Positions 63,122 to 64,000 of a stretch of DNA of 64,000 nt are shown in pieces. Where the stretch lies: NCBI GenBank assembly GCA_964434425.1, contig CAYSVH010000013.1, forward strand, positions 13,976 to 77,975, written 5' to 3'. Every line of letters starts with the position of its first letter. The stretch's first letter is position 1. Made by a program: the position numbers and the translations under genes. Source of the DNA: an uncultured Bifidobacteriaceae bacterium. GTDB taxonomy: Bacteria; Actinomycetota; Thermoleophilia; Miltoncostaeales; Miltoncostaeaceae. Under the pieces are notes generated by a model. The model was not told the DNA's origin. It worked only from the letters and a program-made list of their open reading frames with translations, and made no database searches.

Positions 63122-64000
63122 CTAGACCGTTGTCCGCTCGTTCGACCGGCGGCCGGGATGGAACGCGCCGTCCTCCAGCCGGACCACCCGGTCGGCGCGG
63201 GCGATCATCTCGGGATCGTGCGTGATCATGAGGACCGTACGGCCCCGGCGCAGCTCGGTGAGGGGGGCGGTCATGGCTTCGCGGCCCGCTGCGTCGAGGC
63301 CGGTGGTGGGCTCGTCGAGTACGACGATCGGTGCGTCGTGGAGCAGGGCGCGGGCGATGGCCAGTCGTTGCCGCTGCCCGCCGGACAGGCGTCGTCCGCG
63401 CTGGCCGACGTGCGATGCCAGGCCGTCCGGGAGGGCCGCGACGACCGCGTCCGCGCCCGAACGCAGGAGTGCGTTCGCGATCTCGTCGTCGGACGCGCCG
63501 GGGCGGCCGAGCTCGAGGTTGCGTCGGACGGTTCCGTTGAAGACGAGGGTCTCCTGGAGGAGAAGGGTGACGTTCTGGCGGAGTGACGCCAACGATAGTG
63601 ACCGGATGTCGGTGCCGTCGATCGTGATGCGTCCGGAGTCCGGGTCGTGGAAGCGCACGAGGAGCTTCGCGAGTGTCGACTTCCCCGCTCCGTTGTCCCC
63701 GATGATGGCCACACACTCCCCGGGGCGCACATCGAATGATGCGGAGCGCAGCGTCGGTCGCTGCACGCCGGGATAGGTGAAGGTGACGTCTTGGACGAAG
63801 AGCTCGCCGCGGGCGCGCCCGATGTCGAGGGCGTTCTCCGCCTCGGTGATGTGGACACGCTGGTCCATGACGTCGATGACACGCTCGGCGGACGCGGCGG
63901 CGGTGAACAGCGAGTTGACGATCGCCCCCAGTTCGCGGACGGGGCTGTAGAGCTGGCTGAGGTACGCGAGGAAGACGAGGAGCCCGCCGAGCGTGAGGCG
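63122..64000 (-). CDS. ABC exporter, fused permease/ATPase, C-terminal part (5' end outside window)
   Basis: 'GDNGAGKSTLAKLL', 'LSGGQRQRLAIARALL', 'VVLDEPTTGLD'. The frame stays open to base 64000 ('...LTLGGLLVFLAYLSQLYSPVRELG' is a TMD6 region). Confidence 0.85.
   Translation of the reverse strand, partial: RLTLGGLLVFLAYLSQLYSPVRELGAIVNSLFTAAASAERVIDVMDQRVHITEAENALDIGRARGELFVQDVTFTYPGVQRPTLRSASFDVRPGECVAIIGDNGAGKSTLAKLLVRFHDPDSGRITIDGTDIRSLSLASLRQNVTLLLQETLVFNGTVRRNLELGRPGASDDEIANALLRSGADAVVAALPDGLASHVGQRGRRLSGGQRQRLAIARALLHDAPIVVLDEPTTGLDAAGREAMTAPLTELRRGRTVLMITHDPEMIARADRVVRLEDGAFHPGRRSNERTTV

Overview
High-GC (about 70%) actinobacterial-type chromosomal segment with roughly 75 protein genes, 2 tRNAs, no rRNA, no CRISPR array and no intact IS or prophage. 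The conserved core is rpmG - tRNA-Trp - secE - nusG - rplK - rplA - rplJ - rplL (43.6-47.6 kb), plus housekeeping genes (pyrD, xthA, Grx4/BolA, acyl-CoA ligase). The remainder is regulator-rich accessory content: an arylsulfatase, an AraC-VOC-UvrA2 cluster, a secreted metallophosphoesterase, two tandem LuxR paralogs, a response regulator-HEAT-GT2-histidine kinase polysaccharide module, an S8 protease, and an ABC exporter-Ser/Thr kinase-lipoprotein-two-component operon. Observations that ordinary gene calls do not explain: (1) A ~165-nt highly structured repeat (family E) starts 0-1 nt after a stop codon and is always co-oriented with the upstream gene. It occurs after secE, after rplA and after an ABC exporter, and every copy keeps an open 45-54 codon frame. 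(2) A BIME-like composite repeat (family P) has two ~33-nt palindromes with core TGGTGCCAGGCACCA around a 64-67-nt AT-richer linker. Four copies are present; one supplies the stop codon of a histidine kinase, and two direct copies bracket the four-gene polysaccharide module. (3) A 99.5% identical 813-bp in-frame tandem duplication lies inside the metallophosphoesterase gene, in a block with foreign-looking G/T-ending codon usage. (4) A decayed defence islet abuts tRNA-Lys, with an orphan 71-codon cas5 (type I-C) fragment, a frameshifted vapC with an intact antitoxin, and a restriction-enzyme C-terminal fragment. (5) An orphan PP-loop (QueC-like) ATPase is paired with a SnoaL-like gene. (6) rplJ most likely starts at a CTG codon. 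All function calls come from motif recognition by eye, and start codons are best guesses.
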